This document shows positions 17,666 through 27,185 of a stretch of DNA of 64,000 bases, piece by piece; positions within the stretch are counted from its first letter, which is position 1, and each line of letters opens with the position of its first letter. Origin of the DNA: a virus; IMG/VR virus record IMGVR_UViG_3300049020_000031, positions 1 through 64,000 of that record; one strand, written 5' to 3'. The notes beneath the pieces are model-generated. The model was not told the origin of the DNA and ran no database searches. It worked only from the letters and a program-made list of their open reading frames with translations. The position numbers and the translations under genes are program-made.

Positions 17666-18916
17666 ATGAAGATTGTAACTTTGAACAATGGAGCTCGCCT
17701 CCTTTTCTCTGGACGGACGGACACCCAAGCAGTGGCCGTTTCTGTGTTTGTGAATACCGGTTCTGTCAATGAAACAGAGAAGCTGAATGGCATCAGTCAC
17801 TTCTTGGAACATATGGCTTTCAAGGGCACCCCCACCCGGGACTACACGAAAATCAGTAGCGATGTGGAACGTCTGGGTGCGAACATCAACGCTTATACGA
17901 GCCAACAAAGCACCGCCTACTATGTGACTGGTCTTGCCAAGCACACCGGTATCTTCGTTGACCTGTTGGCAGACATCTTGCTGAACAGTACCTTCCCAGA
18001 AGATCAGATCGAACAAGAGCGTTCGGTGATCATTCAGGAATACGAACAATATGAAGATGACCCCAGTTGGGTGATGTTTTATGGTTTGGCCTCAAAGATC
18101 AACAAGGCCAACGGTTGGAAGAACACCCCACTGGGCCCCAAGAAGAACATCAATTCGTTCGTCAAGGGTGACTTCCAGAAGTACATGAAGGATTTCTACA
18201 CGGCCCCCAACATCATCATCGGCATCGCGGGCAACGTGGATGAAGACGAAGCTATCAAGATGGTTGAAACTGCATTCCGTGATCTGCCACAAGGTACGTT
18301 CACTCCACGTATTGCATCCGTCTATGAGCCTGGTGAATTCCTGAAAACCAAGAAGACACAAAAGCAGACCAAACTGATCACCGTGTTTGGTGGCACTCAG
18401 GACACTCATCACCGAGATCATTACATCGAACAAATCGCATTCTCAGTTATGGGTGGTGGTATGAGTTCGCCACTGTTCAACGAAGTCAGGGAAAAGCGAG
18501 GTCTGGCTTATAGTGTGGGGAGTAGCCATTATTCAGGCCACAATCTGTTGGTCATCAATTGCGCGACTACCGAAGAACATTTGGATGAATACTTCAAGGC
18601 AACGGCAGATGTGATGAAGGGTATGGTCGACAAGGTCGCTGACATTGATCTGGAACGAGCCCAGAACTCTATCGCGGTGGCGTCAACTCGCATCCAGGAA
18701 AGCCGGTTTTCATTCCTGGAACAGAACGTAAGTGATTTGTTCAACTACAACCGGCCCACTGATTTTGATGCCGAGATTGAAAAGTACATGTCAATTACCG
18801 CCCAAGAAGTGAAGGACTGCTTTGCGAGAATCATTACCACACCACCATCCATTGCAATGGTTGGCAAATGCGGAACCAAGGATTATCTGCAGAAGTTCAC
18901 AGAAGCTTTGAAGTAA
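17666..18916 (+). CDS. M16 (pitrilysin/insulinase) family zinc peptidase
   Basis: inverted zincin HFLEH, NAYTS, downstream E, C-terminal REKRGLAY. Confidence 0.93.
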   Translation: MKIVTLNNGARLLFSGRTDTQAVAVSVFVNTGSVNETEKLNGISHFLEHMAFKGTPTRDYTKISSDVERLGANINAYTSQQSTAYYVTGLAKHTGIFVDLLADILLNSTFPEDQIEQERSVIIQEYEQYEDDPSWVMFYGLASKINKANGWKNTPLGPKKNINSFVKGDFQKYMKDFYTAPNIIIGIAGNVDEDEAIKMVETAFRDLPQGTFTPRIASVYEPGEFLKTKKTQKQTKLITVFGGTQDTHHRDHYIEQIAFSVMGGGMSSPLFNEVREKRGLAYSVGSSHYSGHNLLVINCATTEEHLDEYFKATADVMKGMVDKVADIDLERAQNSIAVASTRIQESRFSFLEQNVSDLFNYNRPTDFDAEIEKYMSITAQEVKDCFARIITTPPSIAMVGKCGTKDYLQKFTEALK

Positions 18917-18932
18917 GAAGCACTGAAATAAT

Positions 18933-18957
18933 AAGAGGGAGCAGATGCTCCCTCTTT
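18933..18957. terminator. intrinsic terminator
   Basis: AAGAGGGAGCA-GA-TGCTCCCTCTT. Confidence 0.7.
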
Positions 18958-19022
18958 CCATATCCAAACAATGGATGGTAGAATGGCTCCCCTAGGGGAG
19001 CCATTCTTCACGCATCAAAGCC

Positions 19023-19430
19023 TTATGCGGCTTGCATACGTGGCTTGCGACCACGCTTCGCTGGTGCAGCCTGGGCCTTCGACACCACTTCGTCCATTTC
19101 ACGCCACAGGCGAGCGGTTGGAACGACCTTGCTGGGCTTGCCTTCCACGGCGTCAGCTGCGATCCAGCGATAGCTGGTACCGGCCATTGCCATGTGGGTG
19201 CCACGAGACATCTGGGTGGATTCAAGGAATTGGGAAGCAAATTTCCCGGTCATCGTAATACCCAGCCCGCCACGAGTGCGAGGTGACAGTGGGAAAATAC
19301 CACGGCCGGTTTCTTTGTCGGTGGCCTTGAACAGAACACGACCCGGACCTTCAATCTTGATCTTGACCGCATGGGCCTTGTCAAAGAATTGAGCTGCTGC
19401 TGGCTTGTTGAAAGTGAGATTCAATTGCAT
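19023..19430 (-). CDS. hypothetical protein with basic tail (paralog of 33429..33869)
   Basis: 135 aa; ends KRGRKPR; RBS GGAG. Confidence 0.75.
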   Translation of the reverse strand: MQLNLTFNKPAAAQFFDKAHAVKIKIEGPGRVLFKATDKETGRGIFPLSPRTRGGLGITMTGKFASQFLESTQMSRGTHMAMAGTSYRWIAADAVEGKPSKVVPTARLWREMDEVVSKAQAAPAKRGRKPRMQAA

Positions 19431-19718
19431 TTACGATACTCCAAGAAAAGTTTGTCATATTCGCCAACAACATTGTTGGAGAATTTGCAACAACCATATC
19501 GTCGTTGCATAAGCCGTACTGTAAATGGTAGCCGTAAATATGTCAAACCATAAGGTTAATCACTCTTAAACCTAGAAGGCACGACGTCCGCCATTGATTT
19601 TATGTATGTGTATACAGTATTGCCTACACAGTTCGTTACACAAAATCATGAAGTAATCAAGCATTACTTCATTTCATTTGAATGTTGTAAATACACGAAA
19701 GGAATTTTAAGAATCACC

Positions 19719-19967
19719 ATGTTCGATCATTTACCATTCAAAGTAAGAGTATTGGCCTATGAATCACCGTCCATGACAGCGACAATTAGGCCAGTGAAAA
19801 TCCATAGTCCGGTTTCTCTTAATGAGGATTGGTGTGCGGATAATTGTACAGGTGATTACGACTTTGAGGTTGAAATAGAAGAAGACGAGGATAGTCGTCT
19901 TCATTATATTCTGTATCGTTTCTCTGACGAAACTGATGCCATCTTATTCAAATTAGCGAGATGTTAA
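19719..19967 (+). CDS. hypothetical protein (FKL-tail family)
   Basis: WCADNC...FSDETDAILFKL; TAAATA box at 19688. Confidence 0.7.
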   Translation: MFDHLPFKVRVLAYESPSMTATIRPVKIHSPVSLNEDWCADNCTGDYDFEVEIEEDEDSRLHYILYRFSDETDAILFKLARC

Positions 19968-20027
19968 GTGAGCTTATTGTTATCGACGTTTCACCTATAA
20001 ATATTTCGTGAACAGTCACTTGGAACT

Positions 20028-20276
20028 ATGATGAGCAAAGTAATTAAATTTCCTAGAGCAGAGGAACGGAAACAGTTGGTTGCAAACCCAGAACCGACAC
20101 TGGATAAAATGTATTTGGGATCGTTCACATTCACTTGTTCCTGTGGAGAAACAGGAACATTTGAACCCAAGAACATGATATTCAGAAGCCTGGAGCTGTA
20201 TTGCGCGAAGTGTGGAGTCCCACACAGACTCGTCAATCCAGCTTTTTCCACGCCCAAGACTCCTAGGCAACGATAA
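20028..20276 (+). CDS. small zinc-ribbon protein
   Basis: CSCG...CAKCG; TATAAATA at 19996-20003. Confidence 0.7.
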   Translation: MMSKVIKFPRAEERKQLVANPEPTLDKMYLGSFTFTCSCGETGTFEPKNMIFRSLELYCAKCGVPHRLVNPAFSTPKTPRQR

Positions 20277-20351
20277 ACGTTGGTTGGTATTTTGACAATG
20301 AATTTCCACCAGTTAAAATCTGGTGTGTAAATAATTCACTTCAGGAAATTC

Positions 20352-20801
20352 ATGTCTAAAATTCAAATGAAAATCGTCGATCCGCGCATCCTTGAACTGA
20401 TGCCGGAATACGCAACCGCCGGCTCTGCGGCTTTTGATCTCCGCGCTTGTATCGACTCTCCATTGACTCTTCAACCCAATCAAGTTCAGCTCATTGATAC
20501 GGGTATTTCTATCTTCATGGCCGATCCTGCCATGGCAGCAATGATCCTCCCTCGCTCTGGTATGGGTCACAAGAACGGTATTGTTCTGGGTAACCTAGTT
20601 GGCCTCATCGACAGTGACTATCAGGGCAATCTGAAGGTCAGTTGCTGGAATCGCAGTGAGGTTGAATTCACCATCGATCCCATGGATCGAATTGCTCAAT
20701 TGGTTATTGTTCCAGTCCTTCGCCCTGAATTTGAAATCGTGGATACCTATTCTGAATCAAATCGCGGTGTTGGTGGTTTCGGTTCTTCCGGTACGAAATA
20801 A
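20352..20801 (+). CDS. dut: trimeric dUTPase
   Basis: motifs [33 protein letters not shown]. Confidence 0.97.
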   Translation: MSKIQMKIVDPRILELMPEYATAGSAAFDLRACIDSPLTLQPNQVQLIDTGISIFMADPAMAAMILPRSGMGHKNGIVLGNLVGLIDSDYQGNLKVSCWNRSEVEFTIDPMDRIAQLVIVPVLRPEFEIVDTYSESNRGVGGFGSSGTK

Positions 20802-21154
20802 TGGATTACCCAGGTCTAGAATTGGACAAATTGTCAGATGACGCCCTGGTCGCCAGGATTTCGGAATTGCACGGCAAGATGGTCCATGTGCAAAACTTTG
20901 GAGGTAATTCCACCGTCATGGATCAGTTGTTTGCGTTATTGGAGACTCTGGAGTTTGAACAAGACACCAGACGCAACAAGAAGGCCTGGGACTCAGAATT
21001 GAAAGCTAAGGGTGTCATGGTAGAAACAGAACCAGACCTAATCGTAAAGAACGAAATCCCACAAGCTCAAAAGAAGTCAAACAAGCCCGGTTATGCCCCA
21101 GGTAGTTTGTTCAAGAAGACGTCGGCCCCGGCCAAAGACAACTTGGACGATTAA
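20801..21154 (+). CDS. hypothetical protein
   Basis: 117 aa, TAATG coupling. Confidence 0.75.
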   Translation: MDYPGLELDKLSDDALVARISELHGKMVHVQNFGGNSTVMDQLFALLETLEFEQDTRRNKKAWDSELKAKGVMVETEPDLIVKNEIPQAQKKSNKPGYAPGSLFKKTSAPAKDNLDD

Positions 21155-21241
21155 AACAGCACTTCATAAATATTCAGTGGGTGGTGGTGAACCATTCCTG
21201 GTCGCTCAAATATCACCACCCACTAACACGAGGAAAACAAA

Positions 21242-21928
21242 ATGAGTATGGAAGACGATTACGACGACGACACCTGTTTCACTTGGGCGCATTTTAAATT
21301 CAAATCCATACGTATCCTTGACAACACATTGATGTCAAGCGTCAGCAGTGTAAAGGCTGAAATCGTACCAATCGACGATGCTACTGATATTGATATCAAA
21401 ACTGTTCTGGATAAGATTCACTTCTGGTTTGATTCTATCGTGGGCACCTCGATCATGTTCGAGCGCGAAAACGAATTCGCGGTGAATCTTATGTTCACAG
21501 AACTGGGTCTGGCTAGAACTGACAATATCCCCATGGTTCTTCCCGCGATCCCATCAGATGACGTACTGGCTAGAATTCTCCATGCCAAGATGAATGCCTT
21601 GGGTAACGGCAAAGTAGTTTTCGGGATGATTGAAATCAACAGCGATAACGATTTCACGGTTACCTTCACTGGTAGTGGTGAGGAAGAGCTTCCTGACATG
21701 GAAACCTGGATCGGAGAACGGTCGTATTATGAAGTTCCTTGGTGGGCCAGAAACGATGGTAGTACACTGGACATTATTCCTGAAGAAGATGCTGATCTCA
21801 CAAACCCACCAAACATTGGTGTTGATTTGAGCTTCATCGAATCACGTTATAAACCACAAGAAGAGGTCGCGATTATTTTGAGACCACGTTTCTCACCTGA
21901 AGTAATCAGCGGCGGAAAGAACGATTAA
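21242..21928 (+). CDS. conserved hypothetical phage protein
   Basis: 228 aa, RBS GAGGA, PWWARND motif. Confidence 0.78.
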   Translation: MSMEDDYDDDTCFTWAHFKFKSIRILDNTLMSSVSSVKAEIVPIDDATDIDIKTVLDKIHFWFDSIVGTSIMFERENEFAVNLMFTELGLARTDNIPMVLPAIPSDDVLARILHAKMNALGNGKVVFGMIEINSDNDFTVTFTGSGEEELPDMETWIGERSYYEVPWWARNDGSTLDIIPEEDADLTNPPNIGVDLSFIESRYKPQEEVAIILRPRFSPEVISGGKND

Positions 21929-21929
21929 A

Positions 21930-22457
21930 ATGCAAAGAGTTGACGAATGGGGGCGAGTCATTCTGGATGATCCAGCCTTGTTGGAATTTTTCTACAAGGA
22001 CTTGGATCAAACCAGTGAATTGTATGTTGATGATTCACCAGCAATCCAACAATACAATCAAATGTGTCAGCTGTTCGATCAACCACAGCTCGTCCTCACT
22101 CCGGTTACCACGCCTGATGTATCCCCTGAAGATTTCCACCGAGAGCGCCAGAAACAGTGGCTGATGCCTCCAGAGTATCAGGAAATCGATCTGGAGTCTT
22201 GGTTGATACAGAAATGCTCATCCGTTGATGAGTGGGATAGAGTCAAATACGAGCTTGAATTATTCCAAAAGCACAATATGATGGATGTGCTTAGATTATT
22301 CATCTATATCACCACTGAACTCAGGGATCATGGAGTTTTGTGGGGAGTGGGTCGTGGTAGCAGTGTGGCGAGCTACTGCCTGTTTCTTATTGGTATCCAT
22401 CGAATTGATAGTATCAAGTACGGCCTTGATATCAAGGAGTTTCTGAGAGATGAGTAA
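21930..22457 (+). CDS. DNA polymerase III alpha-like fragment (stand-alone)
   Basis: RVKYELELF...WGVGRGSSVASYCLFLIGIHRIDSIKYGL...EFL matches DnaE GxGRGS region; only 175 aa. Confidence 0.85.
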   Translation: MQRVDEWGRVILDDPALLEFFYKDLDQTSELYVDDSPAIQQYNQMCQLFDQPQLVLTPVTTPDVSPEDFHRERQKQWLMPPEYQEIDLESWLIQKCSSVDEWDRVKYELELFQKHNMMDVLRLFIYITTELRDHGVLWGVGRGSSVASYCLFLIGIHRIDSIKYGLDIKEFLRDE

Positions 22458-22911
22458 CCTTTCAATAACAACTGGCGTCGTTGATTCAGATCATAAGGGC
22501 ACCACAGGACGCGGTACCATATTCTGGATGGAAATATTGTTTGGTGAAGAACGGCACTACTATGAATGGGGGTTGCTTGAAGAACTAAATGGGTCCTTCA
22601 AACCAGATGAAATCACCAAACCATTCAAAGTTTGGGCTCGGGAACAACAGAAGATTCAAGACGACTCTGAAAGAAAGACCAAAGAGGATGCTCTGTCTAA
22701 AAGAAAATCAGAAGTCTCATTGCCTGGATCTGTAATCCAAGTTATCAACCAAATAGTTGGTGATAACCCGGATATTGTGAATCAATTCAAATCCGGAAAC
22801 GTGAAAGCTCTTAACTCTTTGGTGGGAAAAGTCATAGCCATCACCAAGAAGAATGGAATCGCCTGTGATGCGTTCTCCATCAGCACGTATGTCACCGGCC
22901 AATTGTCCTGA
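22450..22911 (+). CDS. protein with GatB/YqeY-like C-terminal helical domain
   Basis: VINQIVGDNPDIVNQFKSGNVKALNSLVGKVI resembles GatB tail. Confidence 0.6.
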   Translation: MSNLSITTGVVDSDHKGTTGRGTIFWMEILFGEERHYYEWGLLEELNGSFKPDEITKPFKVWAREQQKIQDDSERKTKEDALSKRKSEVSLPGSVIQVINQIVGDNPDIVNQFKSGNVKALNSLVGKVIAITKKNGIACDAFSISTYVTGQLS

Positions 22912-22947
22912 TAACTACGTGTATAAATACGGTATCAGGGAGGCTAT

Positions 22948-23313
22948 ATGAAAGTCAAAAGTATGAGAGGTGTCGTTCTAGACCTCGCACAAATCATGGC
23001 GCAAAACGAAAAGGTTGTTGCTGTGGGTAATGCAAAAATGAATGCTCGAGGCGATCAAGTTGGACCTGGTGGCAAGGTTATCAAACGAAGAGAACAGGTT
23101 GCAAAGGAATACCACGAATCAAACCCCAAGGCTGTAAAGAAGATCAGCTTGAAGGAAGTGGAGCCTGATGTGTTTTTGTCACCAGCAGAAGCCGTTTCTC
23201 AGGCTTTGGCGGCAGTAGAAGCTTCTAAAGCAGAAGCGGCTAAAGTACAAGCCCCCGAAGTCAAAATGGACGAAAAGCCCAACAAGGGCCGAGTAATCAG
23301 AGATAACGACTAA
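22948..23313 (+). CDS. conserved hypothetical phage protein
   Basis: AVGNAKMNARGDQVGPGG; RBS GGAGG; TATAAATA at 22922. Confidence 0.8.
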   Translation: MKVKSMRGVVLDLAQIMAQNEKVVAVGNAKMNARGDQVGPGGKVIKRREQVAKEYHESNPKAVKKISLKEVEPDVFLSPAEAVSQALAAVEASKAEAAKVQAPEVKMDEKPNKGRVIRDND

Positions 23314-23365
23314 AGAGGTAACGCTCTAGCCTGACCCCGCGAATGCGGGGTTTGTGCTTTCTGGC

Positions 23366-23635
23366 TTAGAACCAGGTAAGGTAAAATTCCATCATAGTTT
23401 GTTCATCAGCAAACGGAATCATTATGAAATTCTTATCTACAAACACCTCGACACCCGTTAGCTTTTCAAAGTTTATAACGTAACGGAGAAAGTCACGAGA
23501 TGACTCCATGTGTTCTTCCACAATAAGAGTCAGCTCCGAGATAGTCAGGAACAGATTGCTCCCAACGAATCTATCCGGAGGATCTTTGAGAGAGATGGCA
23601 GAATCGGAGTTTGCGTTTGTAACAGTCATAGCCAA
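23366..23635 (-). CDS. hypothetical protein (FKL-tail family)
   Basis: ends FADEQTMMEFYLTWF. Confidence 0.65.
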   Translation of the reverse strand: MAMTVTNANSDSAISLKDPPDRFVGSNLFLTISELTLIVEEHMESSRDFLRYVINFEKLTGVEVFVDKNFIMIPFADEQTMMEFYLTWF

Positions 23636-23835
23636 GTCAATTTGAATTGAATAAATGCCTCATCGTTGGGAAACTCCACACCCAAAAATCCATGAGTGGG
23701 ATAGGTCAGCAAATCAACACCACAAATATTTTTGAATTCACTACGTACTGTTTCAATTGACTTGAATGTGTACATTTGGGACTTTTTGAAGTCTACGATC
23801 TTCCTGACATCATCCATCGATATTTCGTATTTCAT
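23626..23835 (-). CDS. hypothetical protein (FKL-tail family)
   Basis: ends FPNDEAFIQFKLTWL. Confidence 0.7.
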   Translation of the reverse strand: MKYEISMDDVRKIVDFKKSQMYTFKSIETVRSEFKNICGVDLLTYPTHGFLGVEFPNDEAFIQFKLTWL

Positions 23836-24053
23836 CAAACACCAAACCTCAATTTGAATTCAATCAGTTCCACTTCGGTCTCGAATTTGACGTATCTCGT
23901 GTATTCAATCCATCGATACGTCTTACCAGTAGCTTTCTGGAAGATCACCAATTCAGACATAGGATCATCAACCGGGAAATCAGTACGACTGATATAGTCA
24001 TCCACGATGGCGTGGATTTTATCCGCGGAGAGTATCAAACTGTACATAAGCAT
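23835..24053 (-). CDS. hypothetical protein (FKL-tail family)
   Basis: ends FETEVELIEFKLRFGV. Confidence 0.7.
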   Translation of the reverse strand: MLMYSLILSADKIHAIVDDYISRTDFPVDDPMSELVIFQKATGKTYRWIEYTRYVKFETEVELIEFKLRFGV

Positions 24054-24061
24054 CTTGAAGA

Positions 24062-24083
24062 GAAGGGGCCCTAGGGCCCCTTC
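24062..24083 (-). terminator. intrinsic terminator
   Basis: GAAGGGGCCC-TA-GGGCCCCTTC after TAXI gene. Confidence 0.7.
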
Positions 24084-24104
24084 GTGTTCTACCCAATAGT
24101 GGGT

Positions 24105-25124
24105 TTACTTCTTTGCGCCAACAGGGGCTGGCAGCTCATACCATGGCCACTTGGAGCTACGGGCGTCCAGGGATGGCTTCACGCTTTGTTCACGCCATTT
24201 TGCATGCACCTTGCGGTCATCCTTCATCAGAGGCAGGCTTTCGTTGAAGCACTTACGCAGAGTAGCCAGACCACCTTGCATCACTGGGCTATTGAATTCG
24301 CGAGCCAACAGAGTTGCTGGGATGCTTGCGGTTTCCACACCTTCATTATCGGGACCCATCTTGCGATAGCTGATCTTGGCTGGGTTGTAGAAGCTCAGTG
24401 CAGCTTCCTTGCCCAGATATTGAGCAGGGATGGACAGCAGTTTGTATTCTTCACCCATGTCCTTCATTGGTTCGCCAGGGGAACCAGTCACAGCCAGGAA
24501 CGCATCGATCTTGCCTTCATCAAGAGCTTGTTTGAGCGCAGCGTTGTCCTTGAAGTCACGGACGATCTGATAGTTGATACCAGTCTTCTGTTGCACGATC
24601 AGAGCGGTGGAAGCAGAGCCACCTACAGCACCCAGACGTAGACCAGCAAGGTCATCAATGGTCGAGAGTGGAGCCGCCGTGCCCGTTCCTGGAACCGTCT
24701 TACCAAGGAGGACCTTTGCGCCACGAACAACCGTCTTGCCCTTCAGCGTGACCCAGTGCAGTTCTTCGCTGTGGAGGGTTGCCAGGGTCTTGATACCACT
24801 CAGGCCGTCCATTTCACGATCACGGCGCAGGAACGCGGCGTCAAGTTGTACCGGAGCAATGTCAACCGGACGGTCGCTCTTGCCCGTGAGTGCATCAATG
24901 TTCTCGCTGGAGTTGCCACCAGGTTGCTTGATCAGCTTGAAACCAGCTGCGTTCATGGTTGGGCCGCAGTAGGCGATCAGATTGTTCACCATGGTGTCAT
25001 ACGTGCCACCAGTAGAACCGCCGGAGATCACAAATTCCTGGCTTTGTGCCGGTTGGGCAAGCGCTGCCACGGATACCACACTCAGAGCGAGCGCGGAGAT
25101 CATATTGCGAATAGATTTTTGCAT
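24105..25124 (-). CDS. TAXI-family (TRAP-T) periplasmic solute-binding protein
   Basis: signal peptide; GGSTGGTY, SSENIDAL, VQLD, LHSEELH, IDAF motifs. Confidence 0.8.
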   Translation of the reverse strand: MQKSIRNMISALALSVVSVAALAQPAQSQEFVISGGSTGGTYDTMVNNLIAYCGPTMNAAGFKLIKQPGGNSSENIDALTGKSDRPVDIAPVQLDAAFLRRDREMDGLSGIKTLATLHSEELHWVTLKGKTVVRGAKVLLGKTVPGTGTAAPLSTIDDLAGLRLGAVGGSASTALIVQQKTGINYQIVRDFKDNAALKQALDEGKIDAFLAVTGSPGEPMKDMGEEYKLLSIPAQYLGKEAALSFYNPAKISYRKMGPDNEGVETASIPATLLAREFNSPVMQGGLATLRKCFNESLPLMKDDRKVHAKWREQSVKPSLDARSSKWPWYELPAPVGAKK

Positions 25125-25145
25125 CAGGATTTCCTTTCGAGAATT

Positions 25146-25310
25146 TCAGAACTTCAGGTTACGGGCGGCATCTGCGTCACCGCTCCTTGCGGGAGCGGAA
25201 CGTGTAGGGGGTGTAGGCTTAGCTTGGGTGCCAGTTTCTTCACCGTCAAAGAAGTATAACACCAAAAGCACCAGTGCCAACAGGATGAAACTAAAAATTG
25301 TGGTTTTCAT
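25146..25310 (-). CDS. small membrane-anchored protein (not in ORF track)
   Basis: 54 aa MKTTIFSFILLALVLLVLYFF...; RBS AAGGA. Confidence 0.65.
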   Translation of the reverse strand: MKTTIFSFILLALVLLVLYFFDGEETGTQAKPTPPTRSAPARSGDADAARNLKF

Positions 25311-25325
25311 GTCGTTTCCTTTTGA

Positions 25326-26111
25326 TTACTTGTATTCAGCCGCCACCGGGATCTTGACAGAACCCATGTCCATGATGTTGCCCAGCACCACACGATCGTC
25401 AGCATCGTAAGCCACAGCATGCACTTCGGTATCAGCGATTTGACTGGTCACCACTGCGTCGTCGATCAGCGCCATGCGGAGGTTTGCCATAGCGGTGTTG
25501 TTGGCCTTGTCAATGGCGTCAAAAGCAGTCTTCTCACGGTACAGAGACATGAAGTCATTACCCTTGTTGAAGCTCTTACCCAATGCTGCATCAGCGACTG
25601 CCATCTCATAGATGGCTTCAGCCTTCTCGACTTCACCGATAAATTTCTGGGTTTCCTTCTTGGCGTGCTTGAACAAGTCAATGCGATACGCGAACAACTT
25701 TTCATATCCGGCCAGCTTCTCGGCCATCTGACCAGCATCTTCTGGGAAGCGCTTGGCGAAATTCGCAGCCTTCTTCTTGAACCCTTCCAGGTTCGCAGCC
25801 TGTTCGTTCAACACTTCACGTTGATTGTTCAGCTCTTCAACACGCTCTTTGGCTCGTTGATACAGAGATTCAACTGGTGCTCGACTGATCACCGCATTCA
25901 AAGCCTGGAACTTCAATTGCGTGAGTCGTTCGGTGACTGCTGGGCGGAATGCCAAGAATACCGCACAGACAACTGCCGCAGTTACCAGCCCGATCAATCC
26001 GCTGACTACGTACCAGATGATTGGAGCTACCACAAGGCAGACACCACCGATTGCCAAAACATTTAGCATCTTGCGATACCCTGCTTCAGTCATGTTGCTG
26101 AAAAACTTCAT
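25326..26111 (-). CDS. membrane-anchored coiled-coil protein (PspA-like architecture)
   Basis: two N-terminal TM segments then long helical region; RBS AGGAGG. Confidence 0.7.
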   Translation of the reverse strand: MKFFSNMTEAGYRKMLNVLAIGGVCLVVAPIIWYVVSGLIGLVTAAVVCAVFLAFRPAVTERLTQLKFQALNAVISRAPVESLYQRAKERVEELNNQREVLNEQAANLEGFKKKAANFAKRFPEDAGQMAEKLAGYEKLFAYRIDLFKHAKKETQKFIGEVEKAEAIYEMAVADAALGKSFNKGNDFMSLYREKTAFDAIDKANNTAMANLRMALIDDAVVTSQIADTEVHAVAYDADDRVVLGNIMDMGSVKIPVAAEYK

Positions 26112-26186
26112 TGAACCTCCTATTAAATGTGAACGAACTATAACACTTTGGTGAAAATTTCTATCACCATCGCAAGAAAATTTAGA

Positions 26187-26468
26187 TTACTGGCACTTCA
26201 TGACTTCCATTCGAGCATCAACCACAACCAATCCCTCACTGGAATTCAAAACATGGAGTTCACCATTTTTACAAACTCCAATAACGGCTTGCCTCCCAGC
26301 AGAAGTTGGTTGAGCTTGTTGTACAGGAATGGCCAGGGTGGCATCGTTGGGCCTAGGTGTGTTGAAATACTTCACCAGGTAAAGGGGAACACCTATTGCA
26401 AAGAAGAATACTAGAAAGACCAACCCTATCACTGTGGGGAGTTCTGAACGTCTACCTTGAGTTTTCAT
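26187..26468 (-). CDS. membrane-anchored hypothetical protein
   Basis: single TM segment, ATGA coupling. Confidence 0.65.
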   Translation of the reverse strand: MKTQGRRSELPTVIGLVFLVFFFAIGVPLYLVKYFNTPRPNDATLAIPVQQAQPTSAGRQAVIGVCKNGELHVLNSSEGLVVVDARMEVMKCQ

Positions 26469-27160
26469 GCTGCAACACCTTGAGCGTTTGCGCCTTCAAA
26501 GATGCGCAGTTGGGCAGTCAGAACAAACTTGATGTTTTCGTATGCGAGATCTTGCTCTGGGAAGTTCTTACGAGCAGTCTTCAGCATGCTGAAGAAATAT
26601 GTGCGGGTTTCAACGCAGTATTCAATCTGCTTTTCCAGCTTGAACACACCGGCCATGGTGCTAATGTTGTTGATGCGATCAATACCCTTGGCCAGACTGG
26701 AAACTGGATTACCAGTCATATCAAGGAAGTAGATGTCCATTTCCTTCTTAGTACCGCGGTATTCTTTTGTCAGCAACTCGATGTCATCGCTGCTTTCATG
26801 ACCGAACTTCAACCGAATTTCTTCGTGAGAGATGCGAGTATCTTCCGGAGTATCATGTAGCAGAACAGCTACGATGAGACGAACTTGATGCAGCACATGA
26901 GGCAACAAGGTCAGGGCAAACAACGCCATCTCAACCTGATGCATATAGGACGGGGTGATTTTGTCCTTGCGGAAACCTGGGTGGTGCTTTTCACCAAAGT
27001 TCAGAGCATTTACTGCCCGGAACCAATCCGGATTGGCGATCGCCATACCCTGGAGACGGCCACGGAGAATGCCCTTCTTCTTGGTATACTCCAGAAGTTT
27101 TTCTTGTCGCTGTACCAGAAGAGCGTCATCCATGGTCGTGTTCCTTACTGTTGAAGCCAT
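26465..27160 (-). CDS. HD-domain hydrolase, RelA/SpoT (small alarmone hydrolase)-like
   Basis: H..GFRKD..PSYMH, LLHDTPED (HDxxED), LLTK, KGIDRINN. Confidence 0.88.
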   Translation of the reverse strand: MASTVRNTTMDDALLVQRQEKLLEYTKKKGILRGRLQGMAIANPDWFRAVNALNFGEKHHPGFRKDKITPSYMHQVEMALFALTLLPHVLHQVRLIVAVLLHDTPEDTRISHEEIRLKFGHESSDDIELLTKEYRGTKKEMDIYFLDMTGNPVSSLAKGIDRINNISTMAGVFKLEKQIEYCVETRTYFFSMLKTARKNFPEQDLAYENIKFVLTAQLRIFEGANAQGVAA

Positions 27161-27185
27161 ATGATATGTTCATATGGTAGATTCA

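Noticed and set aside
19517-19619. LexA SOS-box-like sequences (TACTGTAAATGGTAGCCGTA; TTATGTATGTGTATACAGTA)
   Set aside because: Each has only one intact CTG/CAG half-site, which is insufficient support.
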